Source: Actinomycetota bacterium (GTDB taxonomy: Bacteria; Actinomycetota; CADDZG01; JAHWKV01). From it: a stretch of 64,000 bases of DNA. The notes under the pieces are model-generated. The model was not told the origin of the DNA, did not search any database, and saw only the letters and a list, made by a program, of their open reading frames with translations. The DNA lies in assembly GCA_030447305.1 (NCBI GenBank), contig JAUJPC010000001.1, positions 114,459 through 178,458 of the forward strand, given 5' to 3'. Of this stretch, positions 18,878-28,295 are shown one piece after another (position 1 is the first letter of the stretch; each line of letters begins with the position of its first letter). The position numbers and the translations under genes are program-made.

Positions 18878-19810
18878 ATGCTGCTCGAGAACATGATGGG
18901 CCTCGTGGGGAACACCCCGCTGGTCGGCATTCAAAGCTTCAGCCCCAGCCCCGACGTTCGGATCTGGGCCAAGCTCGAGGGACAGAACCCCACGGGCTCG
19001 GTTAAGGACCGGGTTGCTTTGGCCATGATCGAAAAGGCTGAGGTGGAGGGGCTACTCACCTCCGCCAAGATCCTGCTCGAGCCCACCTCCGGGAACACCG
19101 GCATCGCGCTGGCGTTCCTCGCCCGGCAGAAGGGCTACCGGCTGGTCTGCGTCATGCCTGAGACGGCGTCGAAGGAGCGGGCGCAGATGATCAAGATGTT
19201 CGGCGGAGAGATCGTTTTCTCAAAGGGAGTCGAGGGGTCCAACGGCGCCATCCGGCTGGCGAAACAGATGGTGGAGGCCGACTCCAAGTACCTGATGCTT
19301 TACCAGTATGGCAACGACGCCAATCCGGGTTCCCATTACGAGACGACCGGTCCGGAGATCCTGAAAGACCTGCCCACCGTCACTCACTTCATTGCTGGGC
19401 TGGGGACCGGAGGCACTCTGACCGGCGTCGGCAAGTTCTTCCGCGACAACAGGCCCGAGGTGCGCGTCATCGCCGCCGAGCCGGAGCAGGGGGACCTGGT
19501 CTACGGCCTCCGTTCGCTGGACGACGGTTTCATCCCGCCGGTCCTGGACGAGTCGGTGCTGCACGGCAAGATCAAGGTCAACTCGAACACGTCGGTCAAG
19601 TTCACCCAGGATCTGGTCTCCAACGAAGGCATTTTCGCCGGCATCTCCTGCGGAGCCACGGTGTACGTGGCCCAAAAGATCGCCGCCAAGATAGAGAGCG
19701 GGGACATCGTCTGCCTGTTCGCCGACGGAGGATGGAAGTACCTGTCCACCGAGATCTGGGACATCCACCACGATATCGCCGCCAAGCGTGTGGAGTACAT
19801 GCCCTGGTGA
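18878..19810 (+). CDS. cysM: PLP-dependent cysteine synthase CysM
   Basis: GNTPLV, KLEGQNPTGSVKDR, EPTSGNTG, GTGGT. Confidence 0.92.
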   Translation: MLLENMMGLVGNTPLVGIQSFSPSPDVRIWAKLEGQNPTGSVKDRVALAMIEKAEVEGLLTSAKILLEPTSGNTGIALAFLARQKGYRLVCVMPETASKERAQMIKMFGGEIVFSKGVEGSNGAIRLAKQMVEADSKYLMLYQYGNDANPGSHYETTGPEILKDLPTVTHFIAGLGTGGTLTGVGKFFRDNRPEVRVIAAEPEQGDLVYGLRSLDDGFIPPVLDESVLHGKIKVNSNTSVKFTQDLVSNEGIFAGISCGATVYVAQKIAAKIESGDIVCLFADGGWKYLSTEIWDIHHDIAAKRVEYMPW

Positions 19811-20643
19811 GTGCCGGGGACGACCGGGCGATAGGAATCTTCGACTCTGGGGTGGGGGGCCTCACGGTCACCGACTCGATCATGAAGCTCCTGCCGCAGG
19901 AGAACCTCGTCTACTTCGGAGACACTGCACGCTGCCCTTACGGCCCTCGGTCGATCGATGAGGTCCACGGTTTTCTGAAGCAAATCATGGCGCTTATGGA
20001 GGCGCAGGACGTGAAGATGCTGGTCATCGCGTGCAACTCGATGACCGCCGCTTACGAGAAGTTCCGTCCAGACCACAAGGTGCCGGTCATCGGCGTGATG
20101 GAGCCGGCGGTCCGGGCCGCGGTACGGGCAACCCACAACCGGAAGGTCGGGGTCCTGGGAACCCAGGCGACCCTCTCCACCGGCCAGTACGAGCGCTTCT
20201 TGCAAGCTGCCGGAAAGGACCTTCAGGTGCAAACGCAGGTCTGCGGGGGGTTCGTCGAACGGGTGGAGGAGGGTGACACCTTCTCGGAGGAGCTTTTCGC
20301 TCTGGCGGAGGACTACCTGTCGCCGTTGATCGCTGCCGACGTCGACACGCTGATCCTGGGATGCACCCACTACCCGCTGCTCACGGGGGTCCTTCACTCG
20401 GTGACCCATGGGGAGGTTGAGCTGATCTCGTCGGCCGATGAGGTCGCCAAGGACATCTACTCCAAGCTGGTGGAGCTGGATCTTCTGCGCCGCCATCGTC
20501 AGGTCGGGAGCCGGCGCTTCCTCGTCTCCGGGGACCCGGATCAGTTTCGGACCGTCGGGACCCGCTTTCTGGCCGGCGGTCTGGACAACGTCGAGAGCAT
20601 GCCGTGGCCGTCGGCCGCATCCAAAGGCGAGGACGCGGCGTGA
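19807..20643 (+). CDS. murI: Glutamate racemase
   Basis: IFDSGVGGL, IACNS, LGCTHYP. Confidence 0.95.
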   Translation: MSAGDDRAIGIFDSGVGGLTVTDSIMKLLPQENLVYFGDTARCPYGPRSIDEVHGFLKQIMALMEAQDVKMLVIACNSMTAAYEKFRPDHKVPVIGVMEPAVRAAVRATHNRKVGVLGTQATLSTGQYERFLQAAGKDLQVQTQVCGGFVERVEEGDTFSEELFALAEDYLSPLIAADVDTLILGCTHYPLLTGVLHSVTHGEVELISSADEVAKDIYSKLVELDLLRRHRQVGSRRFLVSGDPDQFRTVGTRFLAGGLDNVESMPWPSAASKGEDAA

Positions 20644-21395
20644 TTCCGTTCGAGGCGATCGTCCTTGGGGCGAGTGGGACCTATCCCAGGCCGGGCGGGG
20701 CCACCTCCGGTTTCCTGCTCAGGGTGGGGGAGTACACGGTTTGGATGGACTGCGGGACCGGCACCTTCGCCAACCTCCAGCGCCACACCGACTACCGGGA
20801 GCTCTCGGGAGTGGTGATCTCCCACCTCCATCTCGACCACTTCCTGGACCTCTACTCCCTTTACTACGCGCTGAAGTACCGCAGGGACTCCGGGAACCCG
20901 ACCGGCCTGGAGGTCTACGCCCCGGCGGGAGCGGAGGCGCACCTCGCCCAGCTTCTTTCGCCGACCACGAGCGAGGACTTCGGCGGATTCCTAGACTTCC
21001 ACTCCGTCAAGTCTGGGGACAAGATCGCGATCCTGCCGTTCGTGTTCACCTTCTTGCAGACGGAGCACCCAGTGGAGACCCTGGCCGTCAGAGTCGAGGC
21101 CAACGGACGATCTCTGGTGTACACGGCCGACACTGCCTGGAAGGACGGCTTGGTGAAGTTCGCACAGGGAGCGAACGTGTTGATCGCCGAGGCAACTCTG
21201 CAGAAGCCCGATGCCGGCGGTCAGAGCGTGCACATGACCGCCGAGGAGGCCGGCAGACTGGCGCACGAGGCACGCGTCAACCGACTGGTGTTGACCCACC
21301 TTCCTCCGGGGCTCGATCTCACGGTTAGCATGGACCAGGCGGCCCAGCACTTCCGGGGCAAGATCCTGGTCGCTACCGACAACCTCTCAATCTGA
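20640..21395 (+). CDS. MBL-fold metallo-hydrolase (RNase Z/cyclic-nucleotide phosphodiesterase-like)
   Basis: SHLHLDH, YTADT, HMTAEEAG, LTH; conserved position between murI and rph. Confidence 0.88.
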   Translation: MIPFEAIVLGASGTYPRPGGATSGFLLRVGEYTVWMDCGTGTFANLQRHTDYRELSGVVISHLHLDHFLDLYSLYYALKYRRDSGNPTGLEVYAPAGAEAHLAQLLSPTTSEDFGGFLDFHSVKSGDKIAILPFVFTFLQTEHPVETLAVRVEANGRSLVYTADTAWKDGLVKFAQGANVLIAEATLQKPDAGGQSVHMTAEEAGRLAHEARVNRLVLTHLPPGLDLTVSMDQAAQHFRGKILVATDNLSI

Positions 21396-21438
21396 AGGCG
21401 ACGCCCGCCGCTGAACACTCGTCTTGGAGGCTCAATTC

Positions 21439-22158
21439 ATGATTCGCAGCGACGGACGTAGCCCGGATCAACTGCGGCCCGTAAAGGTCCAACGCGGCTA
21501 CGTTGAGTACGCCGAGGGGTCGGTCCTCTACGAGTGTGGGAAGACCCGGGTGCTGGTCAATGCGACCGTCGACGACCGCATCCCCGACTGGATGCGCGGC
21601 AGCGGGAAAGGCTGGGTGACCGCCGAGTACTCCATGCTGCCCCGGGCCACCGAGACCCGGACGCCTCGTGAGGTGAACAAGGGCAAGCTGGGGGGTCGGA
21701 CTCAGGAGATCCAGCGCCTCATCGGGCGAAGTCTGAGGGCCATCTGCAACATGAAGGCGATGGGGGAGCGGACTATCTGGCTCGACTGCGATGTCCTTCA
21801 GGCGGACGGGGGAACCCGGACGGCATCGATCACTGCGGCGTACATCGCCCTGGCCGACGCGTGTGTGGGCCTGGTGAAGGAGGGCAAGCTGGCATCCAAC
21901 CCGATTCAGGACCAGGTGGCCGCAGTGAGCGTCGGCATGGTGAACGGCGTTCCTATCCTGGATCTTGACTACAGCGAGGACTCGGCTGCCGAGGTGGACA
22001 TGAACATCGTCATGACCGGGACCTCGGAGTTTGTGGAGCTGCAGGGCACCGCCGAGGGCAAGCCGTTCTCGGATGAGCAACTCGCCGTGCTCCTGGCGTT
22101 GGGGCGGAAGGGCATCGGTGACCTGCTGGCCATACAGCGCACCGCCCTCGGAGGTTAG
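21439..22158 (+). CDS. rph: Ribonuclease PH
   Basis: [32 protein letters not shown]. Confidence 0.97.
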   Translation: MIRSDGRSPDQLRPVKVQRGYVEYAEGSVLYECGKTRVLVNATVDDRIPDWMRGSGKGWVTAEYSMLPRATETRTPREVNKGKLGGRTQEIQRLIGRSLRAICNMKAMGERTIWLDCDVLQADGGTRTASITAAYIALADACVGLVKEGKLASNPIQDQVAAVSVGMVNGVPILDLDYSEDSAAEVDMNIVMTGTSEFVELQGTAEGKPFSDEQLAVLLALGRKGIGDLLAIQRTALGG

Positions 22159-22160
22159 CT

Positions 22161-22805
22161 CTGGAGATAGTTCTGGCCACCGCCAACCCCGGCAAGATCT
22201 CAGAGATAGTCGAGATCATGGGGGATCTGCCGGTTACCTTCATTACCAAGGAGCAGATGCCTGTTTGGCCGGAGATCGTCGAGTCGGGTGACACCTACCT
22301 GGAAAACGCACTCATCAAGGCGAGGTCGCTGGTGGAGTTCTCGGGTAGGGCGTCCATTGCGGACGATTCCGGCATTGAGATCGATGCGCTCGGAGGCGCC
22401 CCAGGAGTTCGTTCCGCCCGCTTTGCCGGTCCCCGTGCCACCGATGAGGAGAACAATCAGAGGATGGTCGAGTTGCTGAGGGACGTCCCTTTAGAGAAGC
22501 GATCGGCAAGGTACCGCTGCCTGGCGGTGCTGGTGATGCCCGACGAGACGCATATCCGGGCGGAGGGGACGTGCGAGGGCACGATCGCCATGGAGCCCAG
22601 AGGGAACAACGGCTTTGGGTACGACCCGTGGTTCATCCCGGAGGGTCAGGAGCAGACCTTCGGGGAGCTCCCGCTCGAGTACAAGCACGCGATAAGTCAC
22701 CGGGGGAAGGCCCTCCGGGAGCTGACCGCAAAGATAAAGGCCTCGCGCCGGTTGTCACCCGATGTCCGCTCCAAAGATCCGGGTAGTGCGGGCGAGAGGA
22801 CTTGA
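22161..22805 (+). CDS. rdgB: dITP/XTP pyrophosphatase, probable CTG start
   Basis: LATANPGK, ADDSG, GFGYDP, SHRG; GGAGG 6 nt before CTG 22161. Confidence 0.92.
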   Translation: MEIVLATANPGKISEIVEIMGDLPVTFITKEQMPVWPEIVESGDTYLENALIKARSLVEFSGRASIADDSGIEIDALGGAPGVRSARFAGPRATDEENNQRMVELLRDVPLEKRSARYRCLAVLVMPDETHIRAEGTCEGTIAMEPRGNNGFGYDPWFIPEGQEQTFGELPLEYKHAISHRGKALRELTAKIKASRRLSPDVRSKDPGSAGERT

Positions 22806-22868
22806 ACCTCCACGGGCTAAGCCCACAGGATCCTAAATCCTGCGCGTCTGCCGTTCCGCCACGCCCGC
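22787..22868 (-). tRNA. tRNA-Leu(TAG)
   Basis: GCGGGCG acceptor, CAGGA-TTTAGGA-TCCTG anticodon arm, long variable arm, GTTCAAGTC. Confidence 0.95.
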
Positions 22869-22945
22869 AGGGTGGTGCCGGGTTCCCCACTATACAAACC
22901 GCGCTGCAGCGTTGAAGAAAGTGCGGGCTTCCTTGTGGAGCCGCT

Positions 22946-23278
22946 CTAGCCTGCGTCGAAGCCCAGCCGGCCCTCGTCGCCGTCCGTGGGGCAGGAATGC
23001 ACCGCGGTAGCTTCCTGAGAGGCCTTCTGCAGCTCCCGCAGGCCGCGGGTGGTGATGCCGTTGATCGATGTGATGACCGGCTCTCCGGTCTCCGTACGTT
23101 CCGCGCTGACGTCGAGGCACCGGCTGGACTTGAGCATCATCACCAGTTCGGTGAACTGATCGCCAGGCGTGTCCTCCATAGCGGTGCGCACCCGGGCAGT
23201 CATGTCGCCCGGCCCCTGCGCCTCAGCGTCGAGGGCCGCCTGGAGGATGCGAACCATGCCGGTCTGAACGTCGGTCAT
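22946..23278 (-). CDS. Hypothetical protein
   Basis: 110-aa ORF with GC-rich coding pattern. Confidence 0.55.
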   Translation of the reverse strand: MTDVQTGMVRILQAALDAEAQGPGDMTARVRTAMEDTPGDQFTELVMMLKSSRCLDVSAERTETGEPVITSINGITTRGLRELQKASQEATAVHSCPTDGDEGRLGFDAG

Positions 23279-23455
23279 GGAAGAATTCTATTCCTCTCCG
23301 ACATTTAACCGGCTCTGGATGACTTATCTGGAGCCGGGTAGGAGACCAAAGCTTACAGCCGACCAGGTCCCCGACGTACCCGGAAGGGAGGTAGCGGCCC
23401 AGGAAGTTCAGCACCCGTCCACGCGGGCCTGAGCTCTTAACGAACCGGAGTACTT

Positions 23456-24196
23456 CTACGGCGACGTCGCCGGGGCGGTTGTCTCGGTCGTGGGGTCGGT
23501 GGTCCCGGCGGTTGTTCCGGCCGTGGGGGCGGTCGCCTGGGGCGTCGGAGTGGCTCTCCTGGCCGCCGTCGGAGTGGCTCTCCTGGCGGGCGGCGGTGTG
23601 GCTCTCCTCGGGGGAGCCGGGGACGTCCGGCCGGTAGCACGGGCTCCACTACCCGTCCGGGCGGTTGGGCTCGGCTGACCCTGATCTCTAGCCGAGACAG
23701 AGTTCGCGACAAGGACGCACGTTTCCTCTTCCAGAACCCGGCCCTCGACAGCGACGCCGGAGTTCACAAGGTTGTTGGGAAAGCGGTCGTCTCCGGTCAA
23801 GTCGTCCGGCTCGAAGGTGCTCGCACGCGTGTAGAGCACGACGACGGTATCGCCCTCGCTGAAGACACAAGCGGATTCCTGGCCGGAGTACGAAGACAGT
23901 CGAAGGGCCAATGAGCCGGGCGAGGCCTGCTCGATAGCCGTTCCCTCTTCTTCCGTTTGCCCCTCCTCTTCCGCGACGCCCGGGCTCGCAGTGGTGGTTG
24001 CGTCGGGAGACGGACTGGCTTGTTCGGCCTTGGCGCTCCCCGAAGCTTCGATCACTTTGCCTTCGAGCTGGAATGACGGTGAGGTGGTCGGGGACGGTTC
24101 CTGGGGAGTCTCTGGCGTCGCAACCTCGGCGTTCCTATTGCAGGCCGACGTGAGCAGGAGCATCGTTGCGCCAACCAGCCATAAAGGTTTCCTCAT
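23456..24196 (-). CDS. Putative lipoprotein with a Pro/Thr/Ala-rich tail
   Basis: Signal peptide with LTSAC lipobox; AAGGAG RBS. Confidence 0.7.
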   Translation of the reverse strand: MRKPLWLVGATMLLLTSACNRNAEVATPETPQEPSPTTSPSFQLEGKVIEASGSAKAEQASPSPDATTTASPGVAEEEGQTEEEGTAIEQASPGSLALRLSSYSGQESACVFSEGDTVVVLYTRASTFEPDDLTGDDRFPNNLVNSGVAVEGRVLEEETCVLVANSVSARDQGQPSPTARTGSGARATGRTSPAPPRRATPPPARRATPTAARRATPTPQATAPTAGTTAGTTDPTTETTAPATSP

Positions 24197-24337
24197 GCCT
24201 TCTCCTTGTATTCGACGAAGTTTGCCACCCTAAGGCGGATAGGTCGAGCGCCGACTGTGCGACATCCGCTTGAACAAGTGTTACTTTGCCCGCCCCGGCC
24301 GCCCAGTACACCTGCCCGCACTAAGCCTGAACTCGAG

Positions 24338-24410
<73 letters not shown>

Positions 24411-24497
24411 GGAATCATTTTAGCCGACGACGCCCCTTCCCTCAGCCCGAGGTTCGATGTCATGCCTGCCCGATAGGGTCTAAACCGACAATCGGAG

Positions 24498-25145
24498 GTG
24501 GACGGGTTGAGCCAGAAACGTAAAACTTTGTACTGGTTGGCCATTGTCGTTGCGGCGGTCGGGGCGCTGACGGCCGGTTCTCCGGGTGACCTGTTCGATC
24601 CTCCGGCGGTGGAGGGCGAGCCGGTCCCCGCGCCGTCCGTGACGCCTCCTGTGACGCCGGATGGGCAGAACCCGAGTCGTCCGGCGGGGGTTCCGGCGGG
24701 GGCACAGGAGGGGACGGTAGCCAGGATTGTGGACGGCGACACCATCTGGGTGGCGATCAGTCATGGTGGAGGCCCGATTCCGGTGGGCGACGAGCACCGG
24801 GTCCGGATGCTGGAGATCGACACGCCGGAAGAAGCGCGGCCCAACCACCCGGTCCAGTGCGGCGGCAACGATGCGAGCGCCTTTGCAAAAGCTGAGCTGC
24901 CCCCCGGGTCAACCGTGTACCTGCTTGGCGACCGGCAGGACAAGGACAGGTTCGGACGGTACCTCAGGTACGTCTGGGATTTCGAAGGCGAGTTCTACAA
25001 CGAGAAGGCGGCGGCCGAGGGATATGCCAGGGCGGTCCTGTACCGCCCGAACGATCGGTACATCAGCCGGATGAGGCAGGCCGAGGCCTCGGCAAGGCAG
25101 GACGGCAGAGGCATGTGGGGCCGGGTTTGCGGTGCAGCGCGCTGA
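24498..25145 (+). CDS. Thermonuclease (SNase-like), secreted
   Basis: IVDGDTI, RMLEIDTPE, DRFGRYLRYV, GRGMWG. Confidence 0.9.
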   Translation: MDGLSQKRKTLYWLAIVVAAVGALTAGSPGDLFDPPAVEGEPVPAPSVTPPVTPDGQNPSRPAGVPAGAQEGTVARIVDGDTIWVAISHGGGPIPVGDEHRVRMLEIDTPEEARPNHPVQCGGNDASAFAKAELPPGSTVYLLGDRQDKDRFGRYLRYVWDFEGEFYNEKAAAEGYARAVLYRPNDRYISRMRQAEASARQDGRGMWGRVCGAAR

Positions 25146-25164
25146 CTGGAAAGGAGCACGCGTT

Positions 25165-26013
25165 ATGAGGGCATGGCCAATGCGGGGTGGCTGGTGCAGG
25201 CGCATGGGAGCGCGGATGGGGGTTGTCGTAATGGTGCTCTCACTGAGTGGGTGTCCGGGACAGGAGACCCGCTCGGGTTCGCCGTCTAAAGCGGGCTCAC
25301 CGGCGGCGACGGTGGCGGCAGCGCAGCCGCTTCTGTGCGGCAGCGAGACCGTACTGTCTGAGGAACCGGCAGATACAGGCAGTCCCGTGACGGTTGAACA
25401 GATGCAGGCGCGAATCATGACCGACCCGGCGGCGAAACCCGACGGGTATCGCACCCAAACCGTGATAGTCAACGAGGGATTGGGTAGCTTCCGGGTCTCG
25501 ACGCCGGCCTCCTTCTCGCCTTTTTGGCGCCACGGAACACCGTCGGACGACCTTCTGACGATGGCCGAAGAGCGTGACCCCGCGTGGACTGCCTACTGGA
25601 AGGAGCGGATCGACAGCGGCGAAGTCCAAACCAGAGCAATCTCCTTGGACGGTGACCGCTCTGACGAGCTGGTTGCGGTCCTTATCACCATCGCCGAGGC
25701 GCCCGACGAGTCGGGGGATGCTCTGGCCGCTGCCTTTGCCGACAACTACGGTGGAGGCGGCGCATTACTGGGGGAGTCGTGCGGCGTGAGAGCAAACGGT
25801 GCGGATGGGGCGTACGTGGAGCACACGGTTCCTACCAGCGTGGTCGGCGGCAGGGTGGACCGCACCCAGCTTCAGTTCCTGATTCCGGACCGCCCGAATA
25901 ATGCCCTGTGGGGAGTGACGTGTGATGTGCCCAAGGGGACTGCCTCGGAAGTAAAGGACATCTGCCGGCAGATCGCGTCGACGTTCGAGCCACTTCCGCC
26001 GATTGGGTCCTGA
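25165..26013 (+). CDS. Putative lipoprotein
   Basis: LSGC lipobox; long ORF; start uncertain. Confidence 0.6.
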   Translation: MRAWPMRGGWCRRMGARMGVVVMVLSLSGCPGQETRSGSPSKAGSPAATVAAAQPLLCGSETVLSEEPADTGSPVTVEQMQARIMTDPAAKPDGYRTQTVIVNEGLGSFRVSTPASFSPFWRHGTPSDDLLTMAEERDPAWTAYWKERIDSGEVQTRAISLDGDRSDELVAVLITIAEAPDESGDALAAAFADNYGGGGALLGESCGVRANGADGAYVEHTVPTSVVGGRVDRTQLQFLIPDRPNNALWGVTCDVPKGTASEVKDICRQIASTFEPLPPIGS

Positions 26014-26077
26014 CGGGCGAAATGTGCAGTCTCGGTACCCTGTCCAGATTGGCTCCGGTACCTATTATGCGACACTT

Positions 26078-26154
26078 TGGGGTGACCGACGGGATTTGAA
26101 CCCGCGACATCCCGGACCACAACCGGGTGCTCTACCTGCTGAGCTACGGCCACC
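26078..26154 (-). tRNA. tRNA-His(GTG)
   Basis: G-1 present, CCGG-TTGTGGT-CCGG anticodon arm, GGTTCAAATCC, encoded CCA. Confidence 0.95.
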
Positions 26155-26241
26155 ATGGGGATAGATGCTCCGGTGGAGCACCAAGAATCCCCCAAGATCG
26201 TAGCACCGCGCCGCTTGTCCCAAAGCGCTACCCTTCCCCGC

Positions 26242-27435
26242 ATGCGCAGTTCTGCCGATGTGGTGGTGATAGGGGGCGGGGTGATCGGCTGCGCGATAGC
26301 CGCCGAGCTGGCCGGCTCAGGTGCCGAGGTCCTTCTGCTCGAAGCTCGTGAGATTGCCCATGGAGCTTCCGGCCGCAACCACGGCCTGATCTTCTATCCA
26401 CAGAACCCCATCACCGATCCGCTCTACCGGCTGTCGCATCAGATGTACGGGGAGCTGGCCGCCGGAGGCGACCTGGACATCAGCCTGGACGAGGCCCCCG
26501 TAGGCTTCATCATCCTGGTCGGCAGCGAGCGGCAGTGGGAAGCCGCCGAGATCGAGGCGAGGGCCTGCGAGACCGGCGGGATTCGGGTGGAGCGCCTCGA
26601 CCAGGAGCAGTTGCGGGAAGCCGAGCCCAACGTCTCGCCGGATCTGCTCGGCGGCTGGTACATCGAGGACGGTTACCGCCTGGATCCGAGAGCCCTGACG
26701 CTGGCGCTGGCTCTGTCCGCCCGGGACAAGGGCGCGCAGATCCAAACCCATGTCGACGTCAAGCAGATCGTCGTGCGAGATGCCAGGGTGGCCGGGGTGG
26801 TGTGTGACGAGGGCCCGGTTTTGGCCGGCAACGTGGTGCTCGCGGCGGGCCCATGGTCGGCAAAGCTGGCCCGGCCTGCCGGCATCGACCTTCCGGTGTC
26901 CGGTGCCCGAGGATGGCTTCTTCTCGTATCGCCCAAGGGGATGGTATGCGACCACCTCCTGGAGTCTTCCGGCTGGCACCTTATGGCCGGCGACCCGGGC
27001 CCGGGGGAGGTCACCGTCGGAGCTTACGGGAATGGTCGCCTGCCGGCTCCGGATATCGGTCTGCTAATTCAGCCCAGCGCCAACGGCCACGTCCTGGTCG
27101 GAGGATCGCGCATCCCGTCATTCCGCCAGGACCCCGAGGGGTCGGAGGTTGCGCAGATCATTGCCCGTAAGGCGGTGGCGGCAGTCCCCTCCTTAGCTGG
27201 AGCGCAGGTGCGGGAGGTCTGGTCCGGTGTCCGGCCGATGAGCCGTGACGGCCTTCCGATCCTGGGGTGGGCTCCCGCTGTGGAGGGCCTTTTCATCGCC
27301 ACAGGCCACGGCGGGCAGGGTGTGATGCTGGGCGGGGGCTCTGCGCGCCTGGCTGCAGAGTTGATCACAGGCACGCCGCCGTTCACGTCACCAGCTCCGT
27401 TCGCGGCGGAGCGGGAGTTCTCGTCAACTTCTTAG
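26242..27435 (+). CDS. FAD-dependent oxidoreductase (DAO/glycine-sarcosine oxidase family)
   Basis: GGGVIG, GASGRN, WSGVRPMSRDGLP, TGHGGQG. Confidence 0.88.
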   Translation: MRSSADVVVIGGGVIGCAIAAELAGSGAEVLLLEAREIAHGASGRNHGLIFYPQNPITDPLYRLSHQMYGELAAGGDLDISLDEAPVGFIILVGSERQWEAAEIEARACETGGIRVERLDQEQLREAEPNVSPDLLGGWYIEDGYRLDPRALTLALALSARDKGAQIQTHVDVKQIVVRDARVAGVVCDEGPVLAGNVVLAAGPWSAKLARPAGIDLPVSGARGWLLLVSPKGMVCDHLLESSGWHLMAGDPGPGEVTVGAYGNGRLPAPDIGLLIQPSANGHVLVGGSRIPSFRQDPEGSEVAQIIARKAVAAVPSLAGAQVREVWSGVRPMSRDGLPILGWAPAVEGLFIATGHGGQGVMLGGGSARLAAELITGTPPFTSPAPFAAEREFSSTS

Positions 27436-27480
27436 GAACTTCTCAATCTCGTTTCATGACTCCGGTGCGAGAATTGGTTC

Positions 27481-28290
27481 ATGCCTCAAGCGCCTCTCGC
27501 CTATAGCGTCCGCCGGCTCCCAACGCCGGCGGCCGCTCTTTTCGTGCTGATCGGCACAGTGCTGGCGTTTGTTTTGCTTCCCCAGGCGGCGTCCGCTCAG
27601 ACCCCCACTCCGAGCGAGTCGGCGTCGCCGGCCGACAGGCCCGTGCTGGGCATTCTCGGTTTGACGGCCCCGGAAAACCGAGGGGTAACCGTGGCCAGGG
27701 TCGTACCGGATACGGGCGCCGACGAGGCGGGATTGCAGACCGGTGATCTCATCGTGGACCTCGAGGGCAACAGGGTTTCATCCATGGAGGACCTCACGTC
27801 AGCGATGGAGAGGTTCGGGGTGGGGGACGAAGTCACAATCACCTACGAGCGCAATGGCGAAAGAAGGACCGCCGAGGTGGAGCTGGGCTCCAGCCAGCGG
27901 CAGAGGCGTCGGGGCCCGTTCGAGGCAATCCCGGAGCCGGACTTCGGCCCTAACTTTCCCGACCGCCCCGGCGATCCCGACGCGCAGTCGCCCGTCTCTG
28001 GTCCGGACTACCGCCCGGTGATCACGCTGTTTGGGCTTTTGATCACCGGCGCGCTGATCGCAATAATCGTGATACTGGTCAGACAGAACCAGCCTGCCGG
28101 TAAGGCGCCGATTGCCACGGCCGCCTACGTGCCGCCTTCGGGCTCCGCCAAGCGTGCCGATCCCCTGGAGGTGCTTCGCCTGCGCTACGCCCAGGGAGAG
28201 ATCACCCGTGAGGAGTTTCTCTCGATGTCGGCGGACCTGAATGGAGCGCCGAGCGCCCCTCGAGGAGAAAGCCCGACCACCGAGCTCTAG
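27481..28290 (+). CDS. PDZ-domain membrane protein with a C-terminal SHOCT domain
   Basis: GADEAGLQTGDLI PDZ segment, TM helix, LRLRYAQGEITREEF. Confidence 0.8.
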   Translation: MPQAPLAYSVRRLPTPAAALFVLIGTVLAFVLLPQAASAQTPTPSESASPADRPVLGILGLTAPENRGVTVARVVPDTGADEAGLQTGDLIVDLEGNRVSSMEDLTSAMERFGVGDEVTITYERNGERRTAEVELGSSQRQRRRGPFEAIPEPDFGPNFPDRPGDPDAQSPVSGPDYRPVITLFGLLITGALIAIIVILVRQNQPAGKAPIATAAYVPPSGSAKRADPLEVLRLRYAQGEITREEFLSMSADLNGAPSAPRGESPTTEL

Positions 28291-28295
28291 CTACT

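Noticed and set aside
23303-23345. Hairpin beginning ATTTAAC as a solitary attC
   Set aside because: Too short and lacks a GTT box; more likely a terminator-like stem
23545-23612. 24-bp tandem repeats
   Set aside because: They encode the RRATP low-complexity tail of the lipoprotein
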